From: Podarcis liolepis
Lineage: Eukaryota
Assembly: GCA_965112155.1 (NCBI GenBank)
Contig: OZ218106.1
Length of the DNA stretch: 64,000 bases
Reading direction: 5' to 3' (one strand)
Shown: piece after piece, positions 1 to 28,200 of the stretch
Layout: each line of letters starts with the position of its first letter
Numbering within the stretch: the first letter of the stretch is position 1
The notes under the pieces: generated by a model
Told to the model about the DNA's origin: nothing
Databases searched by the model: none
The model's input: only the letters and a program-made list of their open reading frames with translations
Position numbers and translations under genes: made by a program

Positions 1-105
1 GGATTTCCCCAGCCACTCTGGGCAGCTCCCAACAGAATTAACGATAATAATAATTTAAAAAATGATAAAACATCAGACATTTAAAAACTTCCCTAAACAG
101 GGCTG
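1..105 (-). mobile_element. Fragment of a common lizard LINE-related (L2-like) 3' end, cut by the window edge
   Basis: ttccccagccactctgggc..aaaacttccctaaacagggctg recognised as an abundant lacertid repeat; family assignment from memory. Confidence 0.45.
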
Positions 106-945
106 ATTAGACTCAGATTTATAGTCTAAAAAGACATGGCAGTAAAGGGAAACGGTTTGGAGGAGATGAGTGGGGAAAACAAACTCAAACTTAAAAGTTT
201 TTTTCAGTTGTAATGGCTGACTAAAATGGAAAATTTTCAAGGAAAGGCTCAAGAAGTTGCTGGTCTTTCTACAGATCAGGTGAAGAGATTCTGCAGTCCC
301 AACCCTCTTTCCCTCCTATATTAGCCTTTGGCTAATGAAATAATCTATTGCCTTTTAAACTGTGGGGTGGTGTTCTGTTTATGGTGGTGTAGAAATTTTA
401 TCATCATCATCGTCTAATGGAATGGCTGCTGATGAGGGAGATGCCTGACAGAGCTAATCTTCCAGCAAACCCAGGGAGACACTCTACAATCCCATCTCTC
501 TCCCTTCCAGCGTGTTTTTTTGGGAGGGCCAGGCTGTCTGATTTGAATTTAGTAGAAATAGATGTGTGCCAGCTGGGCAAATAGAGAAATGCAAAACTTG
601 CTTGATTCTGAGAAACCTAGAATTGGTACGTTCAAACATGGCAGTGCTCTTCCTTCTCAGTTGTGTTAGCACACATACTATTCTGAAGAATTCCTCTGTT
701 GCTTCCAGTGATGACTGTGTAATTAGATTAGGAATGTGATTGACAGATGAATTCAAGAGTCAGTCAGACTTCTATATAAACTTCTGCTAAGCAGGCAGAA
801 TAAGAAAATGTTATTTGAGGGGAACCGGAAGTTGTTGTTTTTTACACTGGGCCTTCCAAGAATTACTTTACATTGGGGTGGGAAACCTTCGGCCTGTGGA
901 CCAAATTAACCCTCAGTGTTCAGTAGTAGCTTAACCAATTCTTAA

Positions 946-16686
<15,741 letters not shown>

Positions 16687-17508
16687 ATTTGTTTAGCTAT
16701 ACATCATAAACCTTCCAACACACTTAAGGCACACAAATAAGAATTAAATTATGGTTTTGTCCTGGATGCTCTTTGAAGTCTTCCTCTAGAATAAACTCGA
16801 TGAATAACTTTTCAAATGTTTATAATAATACATGGATGTCCTCAACAGTATTCTGAGTTGACTGACTTTTCAAATTACTTGTTTAAAAAAAAACTAAGCA
16901 AGTGGTGATTTTCTCTTTACTGCCTTGCAACAAATTTTGCACATAAGCACTGTGATCAAGAAGGGTCTGTATATGTGAACCATATGTAGATCTGTATTCT
17001 CAGAGCTGAGTTTCTTTCTTGCAAGGTTTAAAAGCTCAAAGCATGTTATACTTTCCTCAGGTTAAAAATGCAGTTGGGCAGGGGCAGCGATCTGTGGGGC
17101 ACTTTGTGAAAATGAACAGCCGTATAGAACTGTTTCACACACACACTTCTGGACTTCAACTAAGGGAGTGTAATGTTTAATATATTACATAGGGTACAGA
17201 ATTCTAAACATGCTATGGAATGTATTAAAGATCAGTGGGGGTGGAAAAAAACCCCTGAACGTTTTCTGATTTTTATCTTACACAGGGGGCGGGGGGGGAG
17301 GGTTGAGAGGAAAAAGACTACCTTACATTAAAGGGCTATAATATTTTATACAGTAAATGATGTTATGTATAATTATGTGAATGAATAAGCATTACTTGTT
17401 ATAAAGTAACATTGCCCTTATTGCAGATGCTCTGCGGCAAACATCAGAAGGAAATAACCATTTTGTTTTCAAAAACTTTGTATAAACTTTTTTATTTTAT
17501 TTTTTTAC

Positions 17509-17514
17509 AATAAA
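17509..17514 (+). terminator. Likely INTU polyadenylation signal (AATAAA); a proximal AATAAA also lies at 16790-16795
   Basis: AATAAA preceded by a U-rich tract and followed by a T-rich downstream element, about 820 nt after the stop. Confidence 0.55.
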
Positions 17515-17826
17515 GACATATTTGCAGAACGTGATCTCATGTATTTTTATATTCTCTCATGGGACTGTATACAACATTTCACAAGCAGCAGGCAGGTCAC
17601 ACAACCAGCATTTCCACTTCCCCATAAGCTCCCTATATGCACAAAAGCCTCTGCAGAGGGTTAAGGGCATCTACTTAATTGTGAGCTGATATTATGGGGC
17701 TGGCAGAAGACTCTTGCACCATTCACACAAGATTCCCACTTACTGCATTCATTCTTAATGTTTACTAATTATTGCATAACTTCATTGGAAACATCACTTC
17801 TCTTACTGTAGAAATATCTCCTAGGC

Positions 17827-17943
17827 CAGGGATGGGGAACCTGTGGCCTTTTAAAACATACTGGATTATCATTCCCATTAGCCCCACTCATAACCAACAA
17901 TTGGGGATGATGGGAACTCTAGGCTGAGGTTCCCCCATCTTTG
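17827..17943. mobile_element. Short hAT-like hairpin MITE; related copies at about 30435-30563 and 36380-36510
   Basis: Near-perfect inverted ends gatggggaacct / aggttcccccatc. Confidence 0.55.
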
Positions 17944-17952
17944 CCTCAGGTA

Positions 17953-18287
17953 CAGTGGTGCCTCGCAAGACGAAAAGAATCCGTTCTGTGATTCTCTTCG
18001 TCTAGCGGTTTTTTCATCTTGCGAAGCAAGCCCATTGACGGATTAGCGCTAATTAGCGCTATTAGCGTCTTTTAGCGGATTATCAGCTTATCGGATCAGC
18101 TGATAAGCGCCTTAGCGGCTTAGAAAAGGGGGGGAGGGAAAAAAACCCGCAGGAACTTGCAAGACATTTTTGTCTTGCGAAGCAAGCCCATAGGAGATTC
18201 GTTTTGCGAAGCACCTCCAAAACGGAAAACCCTTTCGTCTAGCGAGTTTTCCGTCTTGCGAGGCATTCATCTTGTGGGGCACCACTG
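17953..18287. mobile_element. Tc1/mariner (Tigger-like) MITE, family B
   Basis: TIRs CAGTGGTGCCTCGCAAGA / TCTTGTGGGGCACCACTG, TA on both sides, repeated TCTTGCGA motifs; shares ends with 48936-49350. Confidence 0.85.
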
Positions 18288-18829
18288 TAATCTTAACAGC
18301 TTTGTGAGTTGCTTGGTCATAATTCTCCAAAATAATAAAAATAAAGCCCCTATGGCCTCTTAACTTTTGTACCACTAAATTTTGGACATTAAATTATTGT
18401 TGCATAACTCCAGAACCCACAACACTGCTGAAAGCCTCTTCTAAGAAATGCAACAAGAAATGCTGGATTAAATGGGAATTGACTGAGTCAGGCCCTAGAG
18501 TAACGACGGAGCCGCCTTTAAAAGCCAATCTGAAATATTTTAGTCCTAAAATGCATTCCACGAGCCCTCGTGGGATATCTTGCCAGCCAAACTTTTGTTT
18601 TTTTGCTCGGCAGACAGAGCTTGAACACCTGTTAACCTTTGGTTGGAGAAACTGCGTTCGGATGAGCCCATCATTGTGATTCAGGCAATGTCCCTTGCTT
18701 TGCTGGTTTCTAGGCCCTTGCTAGCAGAGGTTCCTATTCCTTGCTCATAATGCTAGGCCCTTGCTAACCTCCAAGTCCAGGAGGCCCAGAAGCTTCTTGG
18801 AGAAGGGATGCCCAGGAAGAGAGGCTCTC

Positions 18830-19007
18830 GTGATTGGGCGATGCCGGGTCATGTGGCTTGAGAATGCATGCTTCTGATCCGGTTGGGGGAGGGGGACTCC
18901 ATTGGCTCTTCCTGAGCAGTGGCAGTTAGAAGTGTTGCCTGGTGCTGGGGGATGCCACTTGGGGCTTCCATTTCCACCCAAACCCCTGTGCCCACCCAGT
19001 CGACAAC
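18830..19007 (+). promoter_or_regulatory. SLC25A31 proximal promoter/5'UTR with two inverted CCAAT boxes and a MYB-type site
   Basis: ATTGG at 18833-18837 and 18901-18905; TGGCAGTTAG at 18920-18929; local GC/CpG rise; acaacATG start context. Confidence 0.5.
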
Positions 19008-19224
19008 ATGCTGGCTGCAGAGGGGCAGCAGTTTTTCGACCCTGTCTCTTTCGGGAAAGACCTCATGATAGGCGGGGTGGCGGCAGCTGTCTCCAAGACG
19101 GCAGTAGCGCCCATTGAGCGCGTGAAACTGCTGCTGCAGGTCCAGGCCTCGTCCAAGCAGATCCGGGCTGACCAACAGTACAAAGGCATGGTAGACTGTT
19201 TTGTGCGCATCCCTCGGGAGCAAG
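19008..19224 (+). CDS. SLC25A31: SLC25A31 exon 1 (coding part)
   Basis: ATG CTG GCT..CAA G|gtacgt; [33 protein letters not shown]. Confidence 0.92.
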
Positions 19225-22200
19225 GTACGTCTTCCCCAACGAATAGGCCCTCCTCGAAGGGTTGGCGTGGTGTGAGAGCCACAAACGTTTGCCCCTTGTT
19301 TAAATCGTGCCTCAACTGTGAACAAAATAAGCGGCAATTCTGTTGTGCCAAGCCCCCTCACCAGCTGCAATAAGAGGCTAATAATTCTGGCCTACCTTTT
19401 GAGGTGGTTGTAAAGATTGTGGGAAAATGTGCTATTAAGTTCTCTGAATACCTAGCACAAAACAAATACTTATTACTAATACTCTGAATTTTGTGTGTGT
19501 GTGTGTGTGTGTGTGTTTCGTTTCTCCAAGGCAATATTGCAGCTTTTACATTTTTCCAATCTTTCCTTAAGGGCTGTGTGCTTCCAATGAGGCCTCACTT
19601 CCATATTCCTATATTGTTTTCATTCTGACCAAACAGTTGCACACTCCAGAGTACATAGCGCATAATATCCTTTTAACGTCCTTTCTCCCCATTGTACAAC
19701 TCCCATCACCTTCCTGGCTGCTTCCACTGTGCCAGGTTTCCCTAATTCATACTGACCTATCTACACATGCAAAATTAATACAACATGCTCACATTTCAGC
19801 TAACAGGGAATATATTCACCCAGCAAGCAAGGATTTCTTCTGTAATATATACTCCTACTTCTCTAACCAACAGAAATACAAGACTCCCACTGCACCACAC
19901 GTGCAGCCTGATCCTAGATATGTCTGCTTGGAGCTAAGCCCCACTGAGTTCAGTGGGACTTACTCCCAGGTCATTGCGTAGGATAGAAACTTAATTTGAC
20001 TTCCTGGAATAATAGTTGAAGATCTCATAGGTGGTTATCTTTCTCCAAATAATTGTTATAACATTGTACACTAACCTGTGCCATGTATTTTTGTGCAGCT
20101 ACTCTATTTATGCTGAATTCTAAAGGTGTTTTGTACGAAGGTTTATATTTTTAAATTACGATTGTCAGTGTAAGCAGTTCTTTATGTTTATGGATTCCAC
20201 TACAGTGCTGATTTGATTAGGAAAGTAGCAAATCTAAAACTACAAGTCCACTAAACAACTAGTTCCAAGTACCTCCATATACCTTTAATTCAATAGGCAT
20301 GGGATCTGTTTCCTTGCTATGTGTATATAGCGTTAATGTGCACTAAATCTGTAGTTTAGCGTGTCTTCAGTGTCTGTTTTACCAGCAAAATATTTAGCCT
20401 GGCTTATTTGGAGCCCACATCATGAAACAAAGATTCTGAGCATTTTAGCTGCAGTTCTAAACCACTTTTATTAAGAAATGTTTTACTGAACTCCGCAGGA
20501 CATACCAGACCAATCTGTGTAGAACTAGACTGCTAGTGTTTGTGTAGTAAGGTGAAATAGGACAATACAAATGTGTTATCCCTAAATGTGAAGTGAGCTT
20601 TTGGACCTAGTAAAGGAATATGTATCTTGAAGATATTTCAAAACAATTGGCAGTTCTTACCATGGCTTGATGACTCTCAAACTGTGATACCTTTGTGCAT
20701 TTAACTTGAAACATTTGGTTCCCGTTTTAGAGTTATTTTACATGATAGAAGATGTTCTTCTGAGAAGGAATGCCTTCGTTGTCTTCATTTAAACACTACA
20801 AATTGAAGGTTGTCATATTAAATGTTGGGCGCAAGCTAAAATTTGTTCTATAAGCTGAATGAAATATGGATTACCAACTGCTCAGACTTTTATTTTCCAT
20901 GTCATTCAGTTACATAACTTTAATAAAATATGAACACAAAAATGAACATAATTATCTCATAATTATCTACTATTCTTCATCAAATGTTGAAAGTATGCCC
21001 TTCATTTATGGTCTGCCAAGCTACTGAATAAAACAGGAAACATGCCCTGCTTGCTCTTATTAGCAAAAACATTAGTTTTCACTTTTTTCATAACTATCTT
21101 TTGCACTCCTGTCTTGACAGCCACTGGTCTTGGAAGCAATACAGTACTTTCCTTATCACTTTAAATTTAAATATTTGGTCCTGCAGGTATAAGCCCTCTC
21201 CTTACAACTTGTACTCAACTGCAGTGGTCACAACAGTAAAGATCTTTCATCGTACTGAATGTTTACAGAAGCCTTGTATTCCATCAGAATATATAGAGTG
21301 CCCATTACTGATTGCCATTATTTACCTTGGTGCCTGCAGATGCAACACTTTTCCATCCTTTGACTACGTTTTGTCTTGAACAGATCTTACTTGCATGTTA
21401 AACTCATTTTCCACTGATCTAAACTCATCCTGTAAAATTGCCCTCTTTGACTTAACCAAGATTCTCAGATCTTTCCAATAATTCTTCCTCCCTCCTTCCC
21501 CCCTTCCAGTTAACTGGTGCCCACAAGCTTTCGTATTGTTTGGCTTCATGCTCCTTTTCAGCTCTCTTTACATTCCTGCAGTGAGACCTTGGCTTCTGGG
21601 GTCCTCAACATTTCCATTTGTCCCTTTGTTCGACTTTTCCTGTTCTCAAATGCTGCTCTTTTTATGTGGTATTTCCTCTTGAAATACATATGTAGTTTAA
21701 TTCAAGTCTGCCTATCTCCCTTTCTTTTGCCTCTTCAGATCTTCCTCAAAGCCTAGTTTTGCCTTCACTTTCCCCAGCTCTCAGCAAAACTCTTCCTCCA
21801 AAATAATTCCTTTTGTTGATCTAGTTTTCACTTAGTAAGGCACTAATACACTGCATCACCTGAGTCTTAGCAAGATCACCTGAGCCTGAAGAGCACAGTG
21901 GTCAGAATGTCTAAAATAATTTTGGTTTGGCTAATTCTGGTTATTTAAAATTTATGCATGTATGCCTCCAATGTACTGCAAAACCAAGTCCACCACTCCT
22001 TATTAAAATGGGTTTAGCACCCCCTCTGGTGGTGAAAACATAACCTAAAAAACATCAGTACAGTACAGTACTATTTTACTAAGACTAGGTTGTATATTTG
22101 ATGGCGATAAAACATACAGATTTAGCATGCTTTACCATCACATCTGTGGCGCTGTGGGTTAAACCACAGAGCCTAGGACTTGCCAATCAGAAGGTCAGCG

Positions 22201-25200
22201 GTTCGAATCCCTGCGACGGGGTGAGCTCCCGTTGCTCGGTCCCAGCTCCTGCCGACCTAGCAGTTCGAAAGCATGTCAAAGTGCAAGTAGATAGATAGGT
22301 ACCGCTCCAGCAGGAAGGTAAATGGCATTTCCGTGCGCTGCTCTGGCTCGGCAGAAGTGGCTTAGTCATGCTGGCCACATGACCCAGAAACTCTACGCCG
22401 GCTCCCTTGGCCAATAAAAGCAAGATGAGCACCGCAACCCCAGAGTCGGCCATGACTGGACCTAATGGTCAGGGGTCCCTTTACCTATACCTTTACCTTA
22501 CCATCACAGTGTGCTTTCTATTTCCTGCTGTTTATTTGCTAACTCTGGCTCTTTAAAGGATTAATAGCATCCAGCTTACTGCTATCGATGATCTGAGCTT
22601 CCGTTTTTTCCAGGGTTTGCATCTCTCTCTGCTTTTTAAAAAATCAGTACTGAGACAGTTGTACATAATTATAGGGGAGCTAGATTTGAGGTGAAAGAAT
22701 TGGATGACCACTGCACATTGAACTCTTTATGGATTCACTTATATTCACTTATTCCACAAGTACCATTTCAAACATATTAAGTCCAAGTTCAGTACACATA
22801 AACATGTAGTTATACAACAGAAACAATTTAAGATCATGTCACCTGTACATTTTTTAATCTTCTGTCTGTAGGATTTGCCAGCTTCTGGCGTGGCAATCTT
22901 GCCAATGTTATCCGGTACTTCCCAACTCAAGCCCTAAACTTCGCTTTTAAGGACAAATACAAGCAGATTTTCATGGCTGGAGTGGATAAAGATAAACAGG
23001 TAAATGTGGTCTAACATTTTGTTTATTGCTGATGTGTCCAAAACCATTTTGCTTGGTCCAAACATGAAGAAATTGGGATATCCTTTTGAATTATTAATAG
23101 TATACAGTACATTTCAATAGGTGGCGTATAAAAGAGGCATTGGGATTTGTATTTAAGAAAAAAAGCTAACGAATATGAGTAATTGCATGAACAATATTCA
23201 TGCCCACCATATGTGACAAGTGGGACTTGTAATAAAATGTTCAGGGTTACTGCCAACTCTTTTCCAGGATACTTCATTCCTGCTCTCCTCCCTACAAGTA
23301 GGCCAGTGCCCCAAAGTTACTGTGCATGCTCAGTCCTCACTGGGATATTTTGGGGCTACATCTTAGAGTTTTTACTGTGATTTTTGCTGTTGTACTTCTG
23401 CAAACCTTGGAGTTCACTGAAGCCTGCTGATACCTCCTCTTGTTTGTGAATGGTGCTATTTGAGCAATGCAAGTCTGTACTCTGAAGAATGAGCTTATTG
23501 GTGTAGGATGTTCCTACTTGAAGCTCAGTATCATGCTATTTACAAAGACATTCTTTATCTGAATTAGGCCTTAAAAAAAAAAAAGTCCAGCTGGTACTTT
23601 AAGCCAAAATGAAAAAAGCAATTGCTCTTAGTAAGTGGAGCAAGCAACCCTCTCACTTCTTCCTGGAGCTCTCCAAACCTGTTCGACTTGACCAGTTGCA
23701 TGGTATGCAGAGGCGTAAATCAGCAGTTTGGAAATGGTTTTTTGTTAATAGCACTGATGGTACTGACTGTTCCCCAGCTATGCTTTTTTGATCTGTAAAG
23801 GTAGATACATGTATTTTCAAAGGACACCATCAGAGTGCAGAGCTGCTTCCTTCGAAAGGAATACTGAAAAGGCAGTCTTTAAGGGCAGGTTTACACATCA
23901 CTGTGGTTCATCACTCTGTGACTGCAGCACAACATGAAAATTTGTGCATGTGAAAGTGCCATTGCAAATCAAGCTCTATAAGTATATATTCGGGGGGAAA
24001 GAAAAACCAGTGGAAACAGTTCACACATTCAGCAACAGGACTAGTTCAGATATTTGTTTGGGCTGCTGTCCCCTCCCCCCAAAAAACCTACTCATGCACA
24101 GTAATGTGTGAGGCCGTGATTTCAACATCAAAGTAAAGTGTGAGGTGACATTGTACTTTACACAGAATTTTTAGGCACTGTTGCAGCTGTGGAAATTACC
24201 GCTGTCTGTTTCTGATTCATATCGTTCCCATGTGCGTGGGAGTATTTCTTATGGAGCAAAATAAATGTGTGAATTGATCCCAAGTGACGGGGATTTTGTG
24301 AATCAGCTTAAAGAAGGGACCCAACCCCACTTGATCCGCTTCCCTGGCTATGCCTCCCCATTTGCGATAGATACTTTAAACTGAGGTTTGGTAGGAACCT
24401 CAAGGTTTGCGACTTGGAGAGGCAGTCCAGGAGTGCTCTGCCGGGAGTTACGTAGGATCAAGGGGGGTTCACACAGGCACCCTAAGGGCGCCCTCCATTT
24501 GATGTGGAGAGCGGTCATTGTGAATCAGTTTGAGAAGGGGGATCGAACAACATACAATCACCTCAGCAACACAAAAAGGCTGTTATAGGCCATATAATAT
24601 ACTATACAGTGGTACCTCGGGTTACATACGCTTCAGGTTACATACGCTTCAGGTTACAGACTCTGCTAACCCAGAAATAGTGCTTCAGGTGAAGAACTTT
24701 GCTTCAGGATGAGAACAGAAATCGTGCTCCGGCGGCGCGGCAGCAGCAGGAGACCCCATTAGCTAAAGTGGTGCTTCAGATTAAGAACAGTTTCAGGTTA
24801 AGTATGGACCTCTGGAACGAATTAAGTACTTAACCCGAGGTACCACTGTATATGTATTTTGGGGACATCTTTTATTGCTATGTAATCTTTGTTTGATATT
24901 GTCATGGGATTTTTAAGGGCTTTTTTCTAACAAGCTGGTTCATTTTCTTTCCTCCCAGTGCCTTCTGCATTGCCAGAAACTTACTGTCTAAAGCACCTGG
25001 TACTATTTCATGCTTAATGACCATTTACAAATACTCTGCATTTGGATTTAATACCTTGCATTGCATGCTCATTTTCTGTCAGTATTCATATGTAAGCCAT
25101 TTCAGTTTTAAAGCTCTTACTCTGAAAGAACATGAAATACATCTTGACATACTTTGTGATATAAATGCTCCAAAGAGTAAAAGTCTTTTTGATTTTTTTA

Positions 25201-28200
25201 TATTATCACACTGATATTTTCAAATAAATAGTTTCAACAATGTGTGTCTTGAATATTGAAGTTCCCATCTAGCTTAAGTTAGTTGTGTAATAACTCCTAT
25301 TGAAACTGTAAAGTTCTAAATGCCAGTACCAAAAGATTCTGGGTCATATTTAACTAAGTTAAGGGTAAAGGTAAAGGTACCCCTGCCTGTACGGGCCAGT
25401 CTTGACAGACTCTAGGGTTGTGCGCCCATCTCACTTAAGAGGCCGGGGGCCAGCGCTGTCCGGAGACACTTCCAGGTCACGTGGCCAGCGTGACTAAGCG
25501 GCATCTGGTGAGCCAGCGCAGCACACGGAACGCTGTTTACCTTCCCGCTGGTAAGCGGTCCCTATTTATCTACTTGCACCCGAGGGTGCTTTCGAACTGC
25601 TAGGTGGGCAGGAGCTGGGACCGAATGACGGGAGCTCACCCCACCGCGGGGATTCGAACCGCCGACCTTTCGATCGGCAAGCCCTAGGCGCTGAGGCTTT
25701 TACCCACAGCGCCACCCGCGTCCCCCCAAGTTAAGGGTAGACCTGTTTAAATTAGGCCCATTAATTTTAATAGGTCTACTCTGATAAAACTCAGTTGACT
25801 ACCACTCAACCTTCCCCCAGAATGTAAACAAAAAAAATCTTCTACTTCAAAACACAGCCTTAACCTAGTTATTAAAAAATAACTTGTGGCACCATAAATA
25901 CTAAATATTCTATTATGGCAGAAGCCTTTATGGACCACAGTCTACTTCATCAGATGAATGAAGTGTTATCCTGAGTTATGTATGTGTGTATAAATAGATA
26001 CACACACACATGGGGAAGGGGAGAAGGTAAACAATGTGGTCACAGGTAAATGAAATGCAGTAAATACAGTGACAGTGATAATTGCATAATTTAATCTGGT
26101 CATTCATACAACAGTTGAGGGTAACACAGACATCCTGGCTTTGGTAAGCCAATTATCATGAGTGTAATAATTAAAAAACAACAACTTTGTCCTGCTTCAA
26201 ACTACAGGTTTGAGACTACACTGAACCTCTTGATGAATTATAATTCACTGGTTTCATCTTTCTGCCTCCCTTTGAAGTTCCTTGGTTACTCAATTTTCAT
26301 GGCACAATTTGTGTTGGGATGGATTTTGGGAAAGAGCCTCAGGTTGTCTAAAATTTGTTTTACACACAAGCCAAGTTTTGCTACCAAGTCTTGAGTTTGG
26401 TGCGCCCTTTGCAACGCAAGTTGTGGATTTTTCTCATGGGAATTTGCAAGAGGAAACTCCATCTTGAATTCCCTCAACTAAAATATTGCCGTCAAATCTA
26501 AGTTCCATAGAACACTGTTGATTTATTCAAGCGTCGCCATTGGGAATGCAAAAAACCCCAGTTATTTCAGGCTTGTGTCATCGCACCATTGCTTCAGGTA
26601 TTTGTAATAAAATAAAATAAAATGGAGGATTGTTACAAGCCCTGTTTTTGAACTCAGCAGTTTTTCCTTTTCAGTTCGGGAGGTGGTTTGTTTCTAATCT
26701 GGCTTCTGGTGGAGCAGCTGGAGCAACTTCATTGTGTGTGGTATATCCATTAGACTTTGCACGGACCCGGTTAGGTGCTGACATTGGAAAAGGTAAGAGC
26801 TTCATCTTCATATTTTAAGGGTTGTGTGCTGAGACTGGCAGTTTGTGTTTCTGCCTTCTTTGTGGTGGTGCCCCAGTTTATGGAGCTTCCTTCCTAGAAA
26901 TAGGCATTTGTTCCCTCCATTAACATCATTTTGATGTAACCTGGGGGGGGGGGGGGTTCAACCCAACTGTTTAGTATGTGATGGGTAGTAGATTTTCAGC
27001 AGCTGTATTTATTTTGAAAAATATGTTTTCCATGATGTTTTACCTGTTGTTATGGCTCCTTATATGGCTCCCTAGGCTCCTTTGGGAAGAAGGACAGGAT
27101 AAATAAAAGAATTAATAGTAATAGTTCCCCTGTTCATTGTGGGTAATTCTTAGAGCTAAAGTGCTCCCCTAGTTATGTTATTTCCTCTTTCATTTTAGGT
27201 ATGGAAGAGCGACAGTTCAAAGGCCTTGCTGACTGTATTGGTAAAATTGCAAAAAAAGATGGCATTACCGGCCTATATCAAGGATTTGGTGTTTCAGTAC
27301 AGGGGATCATTGTATATCGGGCATCCTATTTTGGATGTTATGACACCATAAAAGTAAGTTTTCTGATCAAACTCACCCTTTCCCATTAAAAAAAAGGATT
27401 ATTTGTCACCTTTATTATGGATGCATTTTACAGTATTTATCCTATCAGCTAAGATATTATTAATCCTATTGCAGAAACAGCTAAGACTTAAAAATAAAAA
27501 GACATGCCCAATTTGGTTTGTATTCCTTTAGTTTGTTATTATTTTATAAATTTAATAAATCTACTGCATGATCCGGAGGAGCTCTGTGGTTACCTAATGG
27601 TTGATGATAACACTTGTTTTAAAGCTAATTATTTCTACACATTTATTCGTCCCAATTTACTAATTGGTTCCTGAAGCCCAAAGGTCTGATGCAATATGAT
27701 GCTCCTTTGCGCACAATGGCTGCCCTGTTGATTTAAAATGAGAAAGCAAGTTGACTGTTAAATTGGGCAGCCCTTACAATCAAGATCTCGGTGTATTCAT
27801 TGGACGTGGGGATGCTCATATGTATAGCTAAAACATTTATACTATTTAGTTAATTAATGTGCCTCACAGATGAATCCTGTGCATTTTTATTTAGAAGTAA
27901 ATCTCTTGTGATTTCCTGCTACAGAAACTGCTTTTAAGCTCTAAGGGATGATAACCAGGCTCCTGGACAGTCTCGTTCGGACTGCGAGAGATCTTGCAGG
28001 AGCCTCCCAGAGCCCACTTGAGACTTTCCCAAAGCCCAGTAAGCAAGCCTGAGAGCTTACTTTAACTTTTAATTTGTGTGATATCAGCTGGCCAGCTGCG
28101 AAGCGTGTAAAGCTGCAATCGCACAAGTTAAATGTGCTTAAGTTGCAATCTTAATATATGTTATTTGCCCCCTCCCCCCCCAAAAAAAAATCATTTGGCT

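Noticed and set aside
18849-19373. Antisense ORFs of 141-173 aa and the GTG-started 143-aa ORF over ANT4 exon 1
   Set aside because: Shadows of a GC-rich exon. The true start is ATG 19008 and the exon ends at the 19224 donor.
22143-22215. tRNA-like A/B box sequences, also in the other three SINE heads
   Set aside because: These are SINE heads, not tRNA genes; no complete cloverleaf.
24607-24848. Spaced TTCAGGTTA repeats resembling a small array
   Set aside because: Internal repeats of a eukaryotic MITE present three times in the window; not CRISPR.
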